Shown: positions 47,957 through 62,251, counted from the first letter of the stretch. The stretch is 64,000 bases of DNA from Chara braunii (GCA_003427395.1 BFEA01000036.1:111871-175870), one strand, 5' to 3'. The notes: generated by a model not told the origin, from the sequence alone. Numbers and translations: made by a program.

Positions 47957-49416
47957 GTACATGCTCCACTCTTGATTTCTATTTGTGCTTCTAAATGAGA
48001 CTCGTGAAACAGGGGCAAATGACATCACATGTAATCGCTGCTTGAAAGAGGTCATTACCTGACCGGCGTGGTGTCTGGGAACGAACAAGAGAGTTGCTGT
48101 TGGCCAGCGGAAATCGCAATATGTCTGAACGTGGCGACATGGAAATATTGCGTGGAGATGGGAATGTGCCAAATGATGACAAACGGCATCGCTTTCGATG
48201 GCGGTTTTGATGGAGAACATCGGAGGTCTATCACAAACCGAACAATTTCGGCGAGCGAAAGCTAGTTCGACGACATCTGGATAGCAGAATTGGTTGTGTG
48301 GGACAGGAATTGTATGGGATGTAGAGGATGGAAGGAGAATGAACAGGTGTTACAGGAAAGGGCGATTGACGATATCCGGGTTGTGGTCGTGCTGATCGGG
48401 CATGTTGTATGGCAATATGTCGCTTCAGGCCGGTGACCGACCTTAGTCAGGAGGGTGGAAATGTTGATGAGGTATCCATGAGTGAAGGGCGAAGGAGAAG
48501 TTGGGATTGGCAATGAAACACTTCTGCCGGGTCAGTGGTGACCCATGGTCGACGGTGAAAACGTTATAAATGTTGTGATGGATGGCTGACGCTGGAACGC
48601 TGGTTGCTGGTTGGACCCGTTTTCTCTGTTAGTCATGAAGCCGGACTGGCTTCGGCTGTCGTACAGTGAGAGCACGCACCTAGTCGCGTGTGGTGGATGA
48701 ACAAGTCTGGGTACATCCACGAGTCTGGGTACCATATGTGTTGTTGAGACGACGCGAGCAACAGGGCGTGGGCGTTGGTTTCAGTCTGTTTCCCGAATGC
48801 CGAGGACATTTCCGTGTAACACTACCCTATTTCCCCGAACACAAGGCATCATTTTGCCTGTACCGGACCGTTAATATAGTTTCTATACATTCATTAACAG
48901 GGTGCGTTATGTTCGTTGGAGGATGGGAATTTCCGTCAGGGTGCGGAGTATTGTGGGTATAGCGGTCTATGTCATCTCCTGAGACAATCGCCAGTGATCT
49001 GCAACCTGTCGTTTCACCCTAGTTAAACATCAAGTCGTGTTCACTGTATCTGGACTGGTTGAAAACGATGCCCTATGGAGTCTGGAAGTGCCACCAGAGA
49101 TACGGCAATAATGACCGGGCGTTGTATTTGGGTGAAGATTGTATTGTTGATCTGATTGTCAACGAAGAAGATTGCCATGTAGAGAGTATATGTTGTATTA
49201 GCTTTTTTTTTTTGAAGAATGACCTTGCCTGTATTTGAAAACTGACCTTGCCTCTATTTGCATCTGGTTTGTTATTTGAGTGATTTCGACTTCTTACCTC
49301 CGGTTTTCATCGATTGATTTGTGTGAAGAATGACCTTGCCTCTATTTGCATCTGGTTTGTGATTGGAGTGGTATCGAGTTCTTATCTCCGGTTTTCATTG
49401 ATCGATCTGTGTGCAG

Positions 49417-49545
49417 CTGTATCGGTTCTTGGTAAGGAGGACAGACAGCTCTTTCAATGCTGTTGTCTTGAAGAGATTGTTCATGAGCAAGACGAATCGG
49501 CCTCCTCTGTCATTGTCCAAGCTCGCGAAGTACATGGAGAACAAG
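49417..49545 (+). CDS. RPL18: RPL18 exon 3
   Basis: [43 protein letters not shown] with AG/GT borders. Confidence 0.96.
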
Positions 49546-49792
49546 GTAGGTCCCCTACCTTCTCGCAGTGAGCTCTGGGTTGTTCTTATGTCGTAGATGC
49601 TATGCGTTCCGTGTTATTTGGATGTGATTGTCTAATCTGCTGAAAGCAGATCTTGAGACACTTGGATCTATGAGGGTAAGACTTTTTTACAGTGCTCGCA
49701 TATCGTAGAGCACCAGGGATAAGGCTGGGATATGGAAGAAAATGAGGCGGGTGATGTGAAATCAACGTTGTTTTAATTCGGGAGTTCCAACC

Positions 49793-49903
49793 CTACCTTC
49801 TTCCCCCGAATACAACGTACGGTCATTATAGCTGTATTTGAGGCATCTTTCTGTCTTGATACAGTCATAATCACCGTACGTTGTATTCGGGGGAAGAAGG
49901 TAG
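49793..49903. repeat. 111-bp foldback element with 31-bp perfect arms
   Basis: CTACCTTCTTCCCCCGAATACAACGTACGGT and its exact reverse complement; pairing continues inward. Confidence 0.9.
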
Positions 49904-49909
49904 CGTAAG

Positions 49910-50490
49910 TTGATGTGTGTAATAACGATGGGGATAGGGCTTAGGATCACCATCTCCGCACACAGCTCATGTGAAACGCGATACGCTTGCAGTCTGTAAA
50001 CTACTTAGTGTACTCGTGGGCAGATTTAATTCCTTTTCCGTAAGATTCTACCCGCCTTAATGTTTGCTGATTGATTAGGGTCCCAACCCTAGCCGAAGTT
50101 GATGAGTGTGTAGTAATGATGTGGTTGGGGCTAGCTGCACAGCTCAGGTGAAATGCAATACGCTCCTGCAGGAAGTTTATCAGTGTGTAATAACGATGTG
50201 GTTGGGGCCGTTTGCTGATTGAATAGGGGTACAACCCTGGCGGAAGTAATGTGTTTAAGAAAGATGTGGTTGGGGCCAGCTGCACAGCTCAAGTGAAATG
50301 CGATACCCTCCTGCAGGCAGTTGACGAGTGTGTAATAACGATGTGGTTGGGGCCATAGCTGCACAGCTTAAGTGGAATGCGATAGGCTCCAGCAGTCCGT
50401 AAGCTTTCTCGCATGCAGATATGAATTCTGTCGCCGATAAAATAAACCCGCCTTGATTGATGTTTGTTGACTAGGGTAATCCCAATGTGG
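49910..50490. repeat. Intronic minisatellite, ~75-80-bp unit
   Basis: Recurrent GTGTGTAATAACGATGTGGTTGGGGCCAGCTGCACAGCTCAAGTGAAATGCGATAC. Confidence 0.85.
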
Positions 50491-52491
50491 AGGAAGATGG
50501 TCATGAATGACAAGGCGGTATAAAACGGAAGGCGAAGCAGGTTTTTATCGTACGACAAGCCGTGTCGCCGGTTTCTCTCTTATGCTGATCAGAGCGATAT
50601 CCTGATTGGTTGTGGCAGACCGGATTTGCCGGCCTGCATTATATCGATGACTGGCAGACCGGATTTGCCGGCCTTGATTATATCGATGACAGGGGCCAGG
50701 CCGAGACCTAAACTAGTTGAACCTCCCTGTTCATGCATCTCTGTTGACGCTCCTCGGTGGTTTATGTCGCTAATGGCGATCGATTGCTTATCGCGAGTGC
50801 GACTAGTCCGGCGTGTGTATTTTGTATTGTGACCAGGATTGGATTGGCTGTGAAGGCGAGACAGTCCTGTTGTACGTGCATGTGTAATCGTCTGTTTCGC
50901 GTGTTTTTGTCACTTCTACTGATCGATTGCTTGTCGCGAGTGCGACGTGTCGTGTCGGGTGTGTATTTTGAATTGTGTACCCTTTTCGTGTAACCTTCCA
51001 TGTGTTACTACGTTGTTTTTGTCATTTCTTGTGATCGATTGGTTATCGCGAGTGTTTTTCACTTTTTGCGATCGATTTCTTATCGCGAGTGGGATGTAGT
51101 GTCTAGTGTGTATTTTGTATTGTGATTAGGATTTGTTGTTGATATTACATCTTCCGTAATGTGACTATGATGTCACGCGCCTGATTGTTTGGTTCTTTTG
51201 ACGGATGTCTTGTGCCCTATATATTCTCTCGGGGATTGGGAAAGCGTGGCGCACCGTTTCTTGAGAGTCTTGCTCACCTTTTTTGAAGTTCAATCTGTCC
51301 TTGTCTCATCAAGACGGTAATGATATTACATCCGACCGATTTTCTCTACAGTCCGTATTCTGCAGATAGTTTGGCTGTCACGCTAGCTCTATATTCATTT
51401 TTGTTTCTGTTGTGATAGGCCTAGCGTGTTCTTAATGTATTTTGCCCGTTCGTCCACATGGAATCGTGTTATTTCCAGTCGTTGCCTTTCCTTTTTTTTC
51501 CTGGTCGGCTTTGCTCGCTGTTTTTCACTAGGGAACTGATTGGCGGGTATGGATGGGTAACCCTAATTGTATCCAATGTCTTTGTCTCTCTCAAGGCCCA
51601 GTTTTATGGAGGTATTGTTCCTCTCCGTTACCTTGTATGCAGTGCAGGGGTCTCTTTCCTGCCTTCCGTCTAGCTGATGATTGTGGTAGTCCCAATGATG
51701 AAGAGCACTTATTAAATGCAGCAGCATAGAATCATTGGAACGTTGCCTTAAATGATGTTGAAGATGTTCTTTGTTCGCAGGCTAACGTTCTCTCACGAAC
51801 GTAACGCACCCTTATGATGAATGCAAGCAAGCTATATTTCTGGTCAGTTGCAGCCAAAGTGAGGTTCGTTGTGTTCGGCGGAAGACGGTAGGGCGGGGTA
51901 TGGTGTAGGTTTATGACTGCAGGAAGTGAAGTTTTGGAAAACCCTTCACAGAAGATCTGAATTTGTTTTATGTACGTGTCTAAGTTTTCGCTATGCATGC
52001 CGTTCTTTGTATTGTGTTGACGCTCCTCGGTGGGCGTGTCAATCAATCGCTACTCCTCCCGCGGCCGGAGGGGTCGTTGTGTGGCGTCGATTCCCCCCCC
52101 GCCGGGTATATAACGTGGGGGGTCATTATAGCTGTGTACTTGGAGAAATTCGCGGTTTGGATACGGCGATAATGACCCTTCGGTTATTCGAGGGAAGAAT
52201 GTGGCGGGGGTGTTTTGTGCACGGATTGTTTGCTTGTGAATGATTACGAGTCGGTGGGGGATCGATGTCTTGTAAATGTGTTTATCGTCTCAGATCCTAA
52301 TCTGAGGGTGAAAGACTGGATCGGGAAAAAGGGTTGGACGATAGATTGTTGCGTACAAGGTATGAACTTGTACACGTTGTTGTCTATGTTGAGTCTATGA
52401 GTCGTGTTGTATACTAGACGTGTTGTTGGCTATATTGCGTCTATGAGTGTATGCTGATCCTCTGCTCCCGTCGTTTCTCTCCTGATTGTAG

Positions 52492-52674
52492 CCGGACCAT
52501 ATCGCCGTCATTGTGGGGACTGTCACGGACGACGTCAGACTGTATGAGGTGCCGAAGCTGACGTTATGCGCTCTGCGTGTCACCGAAACCGCCCGTGCAA
52601 GAATCCTGAAGGCGGGAGGAGAGATTCTTACGTTCGATCAGCTGGCTCTCCGAGCGCCAACCGGGTCTAAGACG
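52492..52674 (+). CDS. RPL18: RPL18 exon 4
   Basis: [23 protein letters not shown]...[15 protein letters not shown] with AG/GT borders. Confidence 0.96.
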
Positions 52675-53218
52675 GTGGGTATACGATATGCAGTCATCTG
52701 ACCACTCACGGCTTTTTCTTACGTATTAATAAATGAAAAAAAGAGAAATGTCTTATTCATTCGACAAGATGAATCGTCTTATTCTTTCCTTAACGTCGTA
52801 ATTAGTGTTGACGTCTGATGGAGATCACGCCATCACGACATGGACTCGCAAAAACTAGTACTCCTGGTTTATGTTTTTTCTTTTGCGTGGTTGATGATTG
52901 TTTGTGTAGTTTAGACTTGTTCTTAAGTTTGGTGTTTTTTTTTTAATCTGTTTTTGGTTTAGGGTTTTCTCTTTTGCCTGGTTGATGATTGTTTGTGTAG
53001 ATTAGACTTCTCAAGTTTGGTGTTTTTTTTTTTTTTTTTTTACGTTTTGTTCGACTCCTGAATTTGCTGTAGTGTTTATCTTTCCTTGCGAATTTAAAAA
53101 CTAGAAAAGACGGATAAGGTTGGGGTGTGGTGTCATTTTCTTGTGGCTGGTTTTCGACTGTGTAGGAGGCTCATTTTGGTGGTGTTTTTTGTCTTTTGGT
53201 GTGTTGATCACTGTGTAG

Positions 53219-53377
<159 letters not shown>

Positions 53378-54293
53378 GAAATGCCTCCGGCCGATCTATT
53401 TTTGTGCGACTGCAGGCCACCTCTCTCTCTCTCTCCCTCTCTCTCTGCTTACGGCGTTTCGTTTGCTCTATATGCGATTCAACACGTGCAGCTGCTCTGC
53501 TTGCCGCTGATCCTCGCGGCATCATCTTTTTCCTAAACCGCATCGTCGAGACCTGTGAATGGGATCTGGAAGAGTGGATGATCGAGTAGGTGTTGAACTC
53601 CTATCGGCCTCGGCTTTGGATGGGCTCCCTTCTCTGGAAGGGGATAATAACGTGATGATTACTAATATCCATGAATCCGTGCAAGAACGTAACGACTGAG
53701 TGAATGTTTCTTGTGGTGGACTCATGGATTTTCAGAATTGCCCTTATGGATTTTCAGAATTGCCCTTGTGAAACGGCGGAGTCAGTGTTGTCGAAGCAGG
53801 GTGAGGAATGCAATTCAGCCATTGTTGAAACGATTACGGGATAAAAGGCGGAGCTCCATTCGTATTTTGTGTCTTTCCGTTTGTGCGTTCCTTCTCTTTT
53901 TTTGTTTTTGTGGATTTCATTGGTTTGTGTGTCAAAATGAATCCGCTTTGTGTGAGAAAAAAAGCTGGGGTGGTCAAAATGAATCCGCTTTGCTCGAAGG
54001 GAAGGCAGTGAGCGAATTTGTGTTTTGTGAATTAATGGTCTTTTTGCGGGATTGTGCGTGTGAAACGGTGTGAGCGTTGTCCAAGTAGGGTTAGGAATGC
54101 AGTTCAGCCATTGTTGAAACGACTACGGGATTAAGAAGTGCTGTCTTTTGAAAGCATTCAAAGTTTCTTGTTTGAAATAATCGAAACACATCAAAATGGT
54201 GTTCGTCCATTTGTGTGTCCATTGCACGGGCTCTACATTTCGTTGTTTTGCCTGCCAGTGTCAACACGAATTTCCAGTTTTTGATTATGACCC

Positions 54294-54326
<33 letters not shown>

Positions 54327-54436
54327 GGAGAGAGACTCGGTGAAATAGACATGTCTGTGAAGATGCGGACTACCTGCACCTGGACAGAAAGACCCTATGA
54401 AGCTTTACTGTTCCCTGGGATTGGGTTTGGGCTTTT

Positions 54437-55126
54437 NNNNNNNNNNNNNNNNNNNNNNNNNNNNNNNNNNNNNNNNNNNNNNNNNNNNNNNNNNNNNNNN
54501 NNNNNNNNNNNNNNNNNNNNNNNNNNNNNNNNNNNNNNNNNNNNNNNNNNNNNNNNNNNNNNNNNNNNNNNNNNNNNNNNNNNNNNNNNNNNNNNNNNNN
54601 NNNNNNNNNNNNNNNNNNNNNNNNNNNNNNNNNNNNNNNNNNNNNNNNNNNNNNNNNNNNNNNNNNNNNNNNNNNNNNNNNNNNNNNNNNNNNNNNNNNN
54701 NNNNNNNNNNNNNNNNNNNNNNNNNNNNNNNNNNNNNNNNNNNNNNNNNNNNNNNNNNNNNNNNNNNNNNNNNNNNNNNNNNNNNNNNNNNNNNNNNNNN
54801 NNNNNNNNNNNNNNNNNNNNNNNNNNNNNNNNNNNNNNNNNNNNNNNNNNNNNNNNNNNNNNNNNNNNNNNNNNNNNNNNNNNNNNNNNNNNNNNNNNNN
54901 NNNNNNNNNNNNNNNNNNNNNNNNNNNNNNNNNNNNNNNNNNNNNNNNNNNNNNNNNNNNNNNNNNNNNNNNNNNNNNNNNNNNNNNNNNNNNNNNNNNN
55001 NNNNNNNNNNNNNNNNNNNNNNNNNNNNNNNNNNNNNNNNNNNNNNNNNNNNNNNNNNNNNNNNNNNNNNNNNNNNNNNNNNNNNNNNNNNNNNNNNNNN
55101 NNNNNNNNNNNNNNNNNNNNNNNNNN
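54437..55126. other. Assembly gap (N run)
   Basis: Run of N. Confidence 1.
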
Positions 55127-55482
55127 TTACAGGTCGTATTTAGTTTTTTAGTTTGATTTGTAAATGGATTTTCTAAATAGCATAAGACTAGTGGCTTCTA
55201 TAGAATCAAAGAGTAAAATAATAATACATACATATTATATGCAAATATTCTAAATAATTGTATGAATTATATGTAAATATTGTAAGTAATTACAAGCAAT
55301 TACAATACAATAAATTCAATAGAGGAAAGTAAAGGAGATAGAGCATTATCTAATACAATACAATGATAAATAAACAGAATCTTGTAATAGTGATCAAAAA
55401 AGATCATACCATGTATGTTTCACATACTAGTTCAAGTTTATTGACAAATTTATAAATTAATATAATAAAAAATACAATAAAA

Positions 55483-55668
55483 AACTATAACTCTACAAGC
55501 TCCATTAATAATAAAATTCCCTCTGGCCGTCATTATTGGAATGTTGCCGATTAGTATTAGTTCACTTTTCGTTTTTTCTGATTTTGTATAAGTTATCTGT
55601 GCTGGTACATATAATTCTGATGAATAAGTTGATGCTTGATAAATTGCTTCCTGTTCATTGAAACTTGG
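55483..55668 (-). pseudogene. rpoB: Plastid rpoB fragment (NUPT)
   Basis: PSFNEQEAIYQASTYSSELYVPAQI...LIGNIPIMTARGNFIINGACRVIV in AT-rich DNA. Confidence 0.88.
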
Positions 55669-56689
55669 TTACGAAATATTTTTAGTAACAGTGAATAGAA
55701 TGGAATCCAAATAGATTAAGACTATTAGAATAGATAGATGCAGATCCCGCCGACATGTAATGATATCAGTAGAGCAACAATATAAAAGCGTCTGCCCACA
55801 GAGACATGCAGGAAAGAGTACTCTGCGTAGAGAAGCGCATGCACGCGCGTATGTGGATCACTCTGTAGTTCTACTGTTCGTCGTCTTGGGCTTTTTTGAA
55901 GGGCTTATTGTGAAGAGTTGAGAACTGTTTGCGAAATGCAAAAGAGGATTGTACTACAGAGGAGCATATGCTACGTAACCCTCCTTTTCTCGCCTCTGCC
56001 ATGTTGACAGAGAGCGATTGGATGTAGTACCGTCTTCCCCCTGACTCATCGCACACTGATTATGGATGTACCGGATTGGAAATATAGCTTGGTTGGATGC
56101 ATTAATTACACAGCCTTTAGGTAATGCCGGTGAAATCCCCACCAAAAAATACGCAAGAAAAATAAGCAACAGCGAGATGACAAATCCAGATTAAACCATC
56201 ACATTAAGAGCCAGATAGTCACACTGTGTCCAGAGAGCAGCATGGCACCAATAATACACCAATGGAGGTTCGTAGCACTGAAAACCAATGTCATAGAGAG
56301 CTTTCTCTCTCCTTCAGCAGGATACTCGCAAATACAAAATTTTGTAAATATCAAAAACGAAGAAGGCAGGAGTTTCCCGCGCTGCGGCACTTGAATTGAT
56401 AACCCGTAGGAACAGATTTTAATTCTGTCGTGTGCCCCATTTTTACGAAGTGTTTTTTTTTTTTTCAAACGAAATATTTGGAGTCGATCATGCTAAACCC
56501 GGCGTGGTATGCCTTTACCGTCTATTCGTTTGATGATTGATTTTCAAAAGTTTCACTGGAATCGATGATGACGATCGTCAATTAAGAAAAGATTCGAAAT
56601 TTGTATTTACTCGGTCAAAGACGATCGTCAATCAAGAAATGATGACGATCGTCAATCAAGAAATGACGACGATCGTCAATCAAGATGAG

Positions 56690-59600
56690 GACGGAAATTT
56701 TCCAACGAGTGAGAAAGATGTGTTGTTCAGTTTCATTAACTGTCGCCAGCGCTCGCCTGTGAATCTGCTATCTCTGTCACTAACAATCGTTAATGGGTGT
56801 TCGTAAGCTGTAACCCAATGATTGAAAGAATTCTCTTGTCACTGAGTCTGTCTTTGCCTCAGCAGGCAGCGGACTAAAGCGATCTACTACCACCATCACT
56901 GTACTCTTTCCGATTCTGCTTTTCGCCTGTGTCCATGACGTCAATAGATAGGGAGTGAATGGGACTGTGTGGGACAGGGAGCGGGCTGAACAGGCCAAGT
57001 GGGGATTGTGTTGAATTTTTGTTCCGCCGACACACTTGGCAGACCTGGATATAGGCAATTCGGCCGTGCTTCATGGCGACCCAGACCCAGGTGCTGGACT
57101 GGAGGAGATTAGAATATGTTTCGTCTAACCGAAATGACCGTGTGTCGTGGCACTTCACCAATAGGATCAGAGTTTTGATTGTGTTGTTGTTCAGGATGCA
57201 GTCTGTCGAACCTGACTGTTTTTGCGACGTGTGGTCTGATGGTTACTATGTAGTCCGGGACTTCGTGTGGTGCAGTCTGCACCCTGTTAATTAGCTCGCT
57301 GTGAACGGGATTATCGATGTACGGAGCGGTGATCTGCTGCTGTAGCTCGGCGCCTGCATCTAGGTAAGTCACGACGACGTCCAAGAAGTCTGCGCGCGCT
57401 TTACTCAATGCATCAGTGACGACATTTACATTGTACTTGCCTTTGACGGGTTTCAATTTGTCCAGCCGACCTAGTCAACTTTGGGGTCGTTTGGGCCTTC
57501 GGGTTTTTGACCAGTGTAGGGACAAGGGTCTCGTTGTGAAAACGAGCTTAAACATGTGTTCCTAGGAGATGGTGTCGCCAGAGGTTCAGCGCTTCCTTGA
57601 AGACGAACAGCTTGTGTTCGTACGTCGACGTAGCAACTTTCTCAGTTGGTGACCTTTAAACTAGTACCTCGCCCAGTGTTGGGAAATTAGGGAAAACTGG
57701 CAGTCTTCCCTCGCCCAGTGTTGGGAAATTAGGGAAAACTGGCAGTTTTCCCAAAATCCTGAAAATTCGGAGGCCGGGCCCAAAGACGGCAGCCATTGAT
57801 AAATCTGATCGGCGGCCGTCGTTTCGTTTCGGCCATCCGAAAAGGTCGGAGGCCCACCCAAGGCCTGCTATTTTCCCACGCGGCAAAGGTACTTGTGGTT
57901 TGTACTCGTCTGTACTCGTCTCACTTGTTCTGTTGGATTACAGTGCCAATCTCTAATTGGCTTGCGTAAGAGTGACAATGCATGAAAGTAAAAGGGTCTG
58001 CCACCTTGAGGACCGGGTAGTAGCGGGTACTCGATTAGTGGCTGCTTCAATCTCTTGAAAGGCGGAGGCCCAGTCTTTGCCCCAATTCCAAACTGTTTCC
58101 TTCCTCAGCAGTTTGCACAGTGGTGTAGCTATCATGATGAAATTCCGTAGGAATTTTCGGTAGAAATTCGCTAAGCCTAAAACAACTGCTGTTCAGTTAG
58201 TGTGCATGGTACAGGCCGATCTTTGATTGCTGCTATCTTGGTGTCTTTCTATCGGACTCCATATGCATATATTATGTGGCCTAGATAAATAGCACGTGAT
58301 ACTTGGCCCATTCACACTTTTTGGGGTTCAAATATAGGCTACCAGAGTGGCCCGGGTTCACTTGTCTGGCCGGGCCGAAAAGAAGTTGAAAGTTAAAAAA
58401 ATATATATATTATTGTTTAATTTTCAATTTTATGTTAAATTTGGTAAAGTATTTCAATTTGACCCTGAGGCAAAAGTTGTTCAGTATGTTTTTCTGCATA
58501 ACGCAGTTTTTTTTTTCGGATTTTTTGGATTTTTTTTTTTTTTGGCTGGGACCTTTCCTGGTCCTTGCACGCCCGGCCCGCCCGGGAAAATGGGGTCATC
58601 CGGACGGCCCGGCGGGTAGCCTAGGTTCAGATTGAACTTTGCAGTTCGCAGCTTCTTGAAGATCAAATACAGATGCTGCTGGTGCTCCTTTACAGTCTCT
58701 TACTGAATATGCCCCGTATAAATGAAGGACGTCAAATTTGTCTAGCCATTCACGAAAGAGATTGTTCATGCATCTTTAGGGACGTAGCGAAAGCATTGGT
58801 CAGACCAAATAGCATGACCACAAACTGTTAGCGGCCGTAGCGAGTTCTAAAGGCTGTAGTGTGGTGGTCTTCGGGCCATGGTCTGGGCCCTCTACCTCTT
58901 CCACCTATGGAGGAGGATCTGCGTCCACCTTGAGGGGAACCATTACTCCTATCTTCCGTGCGTTTGCTACCTTCGCTACTACTCCCTTGGTTGCCACATC
59001 CTCTTTCTCCTCTTCCTCTTTGTCGACCTCCATCCTTTCCCTCTATGCTAACAAATATATTTTTGTTCTTCCATCGACCTCCTCTCTGTAGGTCTTTCCA
59101 ATAGTGGCAATAGTTTGCCTCTTGGAGGAAGCCGGCGTGGTGTTCAACCGTCTTGCTGAACTTTTCATATGTCACTCCCTCTTCCTTGGTTTGGACATAC
59201 AGCAAGGACTGGTGAGGTTCGGGGAGTGCTCGGGCAATGTTGTTCAAGGTCTGTGTCGGAGTGAGACCGTGCTCGGGGTACCCCAAGAGTTCATCCATAG
59301 TGATCTTTAGTGCCAACACAGTCGTCCATTTTTGGTCGACTATGTTGAGGATCAGATGCTCCGTACATCCGGTCAGCTTCGTCCTCAAACTGATTCTTTA
59401 AGGCCAGGAAGAAATCTTCGATGCGGGTCCGTTGGGAGAAATCTGCAATGCGGGCCCTGTTGGGAGAAATCTTCGATGCGGGTCCGTTGGGAGAATTCTG
59501 CCATTGATGTGCACCCTGCCTCCTTCCGTAGGGGGAGAGCACAAAACTCGCAGCATCTCTCCCAAGGAGCGAACTTGTTATCAGGACACAGTTCGAGTAT

Positions 59601-59830
59601 GGTATCGTCTGTTAGTATAGGTAGGTGCCCACGTGCGGCTCCCGTTGGTAAAAGTTTCCTTTTCTTTTTTCGTGATAGGTCCAGGGGATCATCACCTTGA
59701 TCTTTTCTCTTCTTTCTCTCCTTTCAGATGAAAGGGTCTTCTTGCCTCTTCGTATCTCCTTCATTTTTAGAGTTCTTGCTCGCCTTCCCATCATCACCAA
59801 ACATAATCTCCACCACCACCACTTCTTGAT
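56690..59830 (-). mobile_element. Heavily degraded Ty3/Gypsy internal region (gag, RT, RNase H, integrase fragments)
   Basis: Broken frames FVVMLFGLT, IATPLCKLLRKETVWNW, WRHHLLG, NVVTDALS, SLSIDVM, VVVDRFS. Interrupted by a MITE and a small tandem insert. Confidence 0.8.
58334..58624. mobile_element. MITE, same family, nested in the Gypsy RT remnant
   Basis: Same TIRs; TSD GTTCAAAT/GTTCAGAT. Confidence 0.86.
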
Positions 59831-59862
59831 GTTATCGTGGCAAGGGTGTCTACAATTTAAGG

Positions 59863-60160
59863 CTAGGCTACCAGGGTGGCCCGGGTGCACTTGCCCAGCC
59901 GCCGTGCCAAAAGGAAATGGAAATTAAAAAATTTATATATTATTCTTTAATTTTAATTTTAATTTTCAATTTGGTCAAGATTTTCAATGTGACCCTGAGG
60001 CAAAAGTTGTTCAGTTTATTTTTCTGCATAAGATTTTTTTTTTCGGAATTTTTGGATTGTTTTCTTTTTTTATTTTGTTGGCTGGGACCTTCCCTGGTTC
60101 GTGCAGGGCCGGGCCGCCCGGGAAAACAGGGTGACCCGGGCGGCCCGGCTGGTAGCCTGG
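59863..60160. mobile_element. MITE, same family
   Basis: Same TIRs and interior; TSD decayed (5/8 match). Confidence 0.84.
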
Positions 60161-62073
60161 TTTCGAGGTTAATATTCCCTTCCAGTTGTTGTGCATATCC
60201 CCCGATGCACTTATCTGTCTGGTGGTCGGTGTCACTTAAACGACCAGTACTTGGCCCATCTATCGGCCGCGGAAAATAATAGTGTAGAAACGTTTCTAGT
60301 TGGATGAATTTGGGCGCTCATGTCGTGGCCCGTACGTTTCTGAAAATCGTGGCGTGTTTATGGACACGACTTCAGGAAGTATTGGTGGTTTCATTAGTTA
60401 TTCTAAGTGCGCTTGAACTCACGATTGTGCTGTTTGAGTTGGGCGACAAACTTGTTTAGAGCGGCGAAATCCTGAGATGGGTATTCTGGAAAGAGATTGA
60501 ACGTCAGTACTATGTAGCAGGGCGTTGATCATAAGAGCGTGGTTGCTTTTCCATTCCCCCTCGCGACTTTTCTGTTCCTTAAGCTGATGTTCAATCTCTT
60601 CCCCTTCAGCTTTCGATCTTCTCTTCTTATCCAACTCCCCCCTTTCTTTACTAGGAGCCACTAATGCAAAACATGTTCCCTTTCCTGCATCAGCAGTTCT
60701 CTCTCAGCGTTGTCCTCCGCCGCGTCCAGCTTTGCTGTGAGTTGAGCCCTCTCTGCCTCTGACTCCTGTCCACTCATCCTTCATGAACCTGAAACTGTCC
60801 AATCCACTCCTGGGTGTGAACTGGGTAGAAATGCGGTTGACAGGACTTCCCGTTTCCAGTCCGCATAACTACTTCAACCCAATGCCTGAGGTAGTCCTTC
60901 CCTCATCTTTTTCTCCTTTTTCTTCTACCACTTCAGCCTGTTCTTTCCGAGTCTACAACAGTTTTAATTTCTCCTCCCAAGTTTGTTTTCCCTTTCTCCA
61001 ATTTCTTTAAGACTTTCACCTCTTTTCTTTTTTCTCCTCTTCCTTTTTCTCATCCTCCTGCTTCTCCGCCAGCATTCTACCGATCTTGGCCTGCTGCTTA
61101 GTGGAGTATGGATTTGTGGATGCTTTGGACCGACTCACCACATGTATGCCAAAGGTCCGTGCGAATCCCAACGGAGAGAGGAAATGGAGGATAGAATCCC
61201 ATATAGCGGACAGGGCCAAGAAGCCAAACATCAGATTGTTATCCATAGCGAGGGTCAACACAGGTAAGTTGACTCCGCCTCCTCACCAGTTAAATTTACA
61301 CGTCAACATTTAACAGTCTTCGAGACTTGTACTAATCTTAATGTAAATCAGGGTGTAACAAATGAATTCCCTTCCCACTTCTGTCACTACAGTTCTCCTA
61401 ACATCCGGTGGACAACCGACAGTGGAAGTTCAGCCAGTGTAGACCTCAGGATTATTTACTGATGCAAATAGGATGTCGTGCCCACCAATATGAAGGATCA
61501 CTCTCAAACCTGATATTGGTTCCTCACTGATTGCAATGGTTTTTGAGTATAACTATAAGCATTGACTAGCCAGGCGGTCAGTATCAGTCCTTGGGGGCAA
61601 TGGCACCCAGAACTTGTGGACTTTAGGTCTCACCCGTACTTTGCCCGTGCGTTATATAACTGGCAAACCCTTCTGCCCTCTAGAACTCCTCACTGAGTCC
61701 CATATAGTCTTCTGTGGTCGCACGCCGGTCAGTGCCAATCATTGGACTTAGCCGGGTTGTTTTACGAGCGCCCGTTGCTCATTGCTTGTGCTCCCTACTA
61801 GGTCTTGACGATACCCGGCCTTCTTCCTTGCCAGCACGTAACTCCAAGCGGATGCAGCGGGAATCAATTTAGATACCACTGAAATGAGCCAGATACTTGT
61901 CAAGTTCGACCTCTCATTCACATGAGAATTCACATATGAGAAGCCAAATTGAGATATGGTCAACACTTGAAGGTATCATCTCCAATATTATGTTCAATGT
62001 ACAAGAATGTTAGTCTCCAACGGCTCTGCTGCACATACACACACAATGAACTTCTATCAGGTGATAGCTATGG

Positions 62074-62143
<70 letters not shown>

Positions 62144-62203
62144 TTGCTTCTCTATCTGACGTGGCTCACCCTGCCTCACTCCTCTCTCTAGTCTCGATCG
62201 TTG

Positions 62204-62251
<48 letters not shown>

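Noticed and set aside
49910-51140. Regular intronic repeats as a CRISPR array
   Set aside because: Units are degenerate tandem repeats without unique spacers, no cas genes are present, and the context is a eukaryotic intron.
51670-51860. TGATGA boxes in the RPL18 intron as C/D snoRNAs
   Set aside because: No convincing D box with terminal stem, or rRNA-complementary guide, could be identified by eye.
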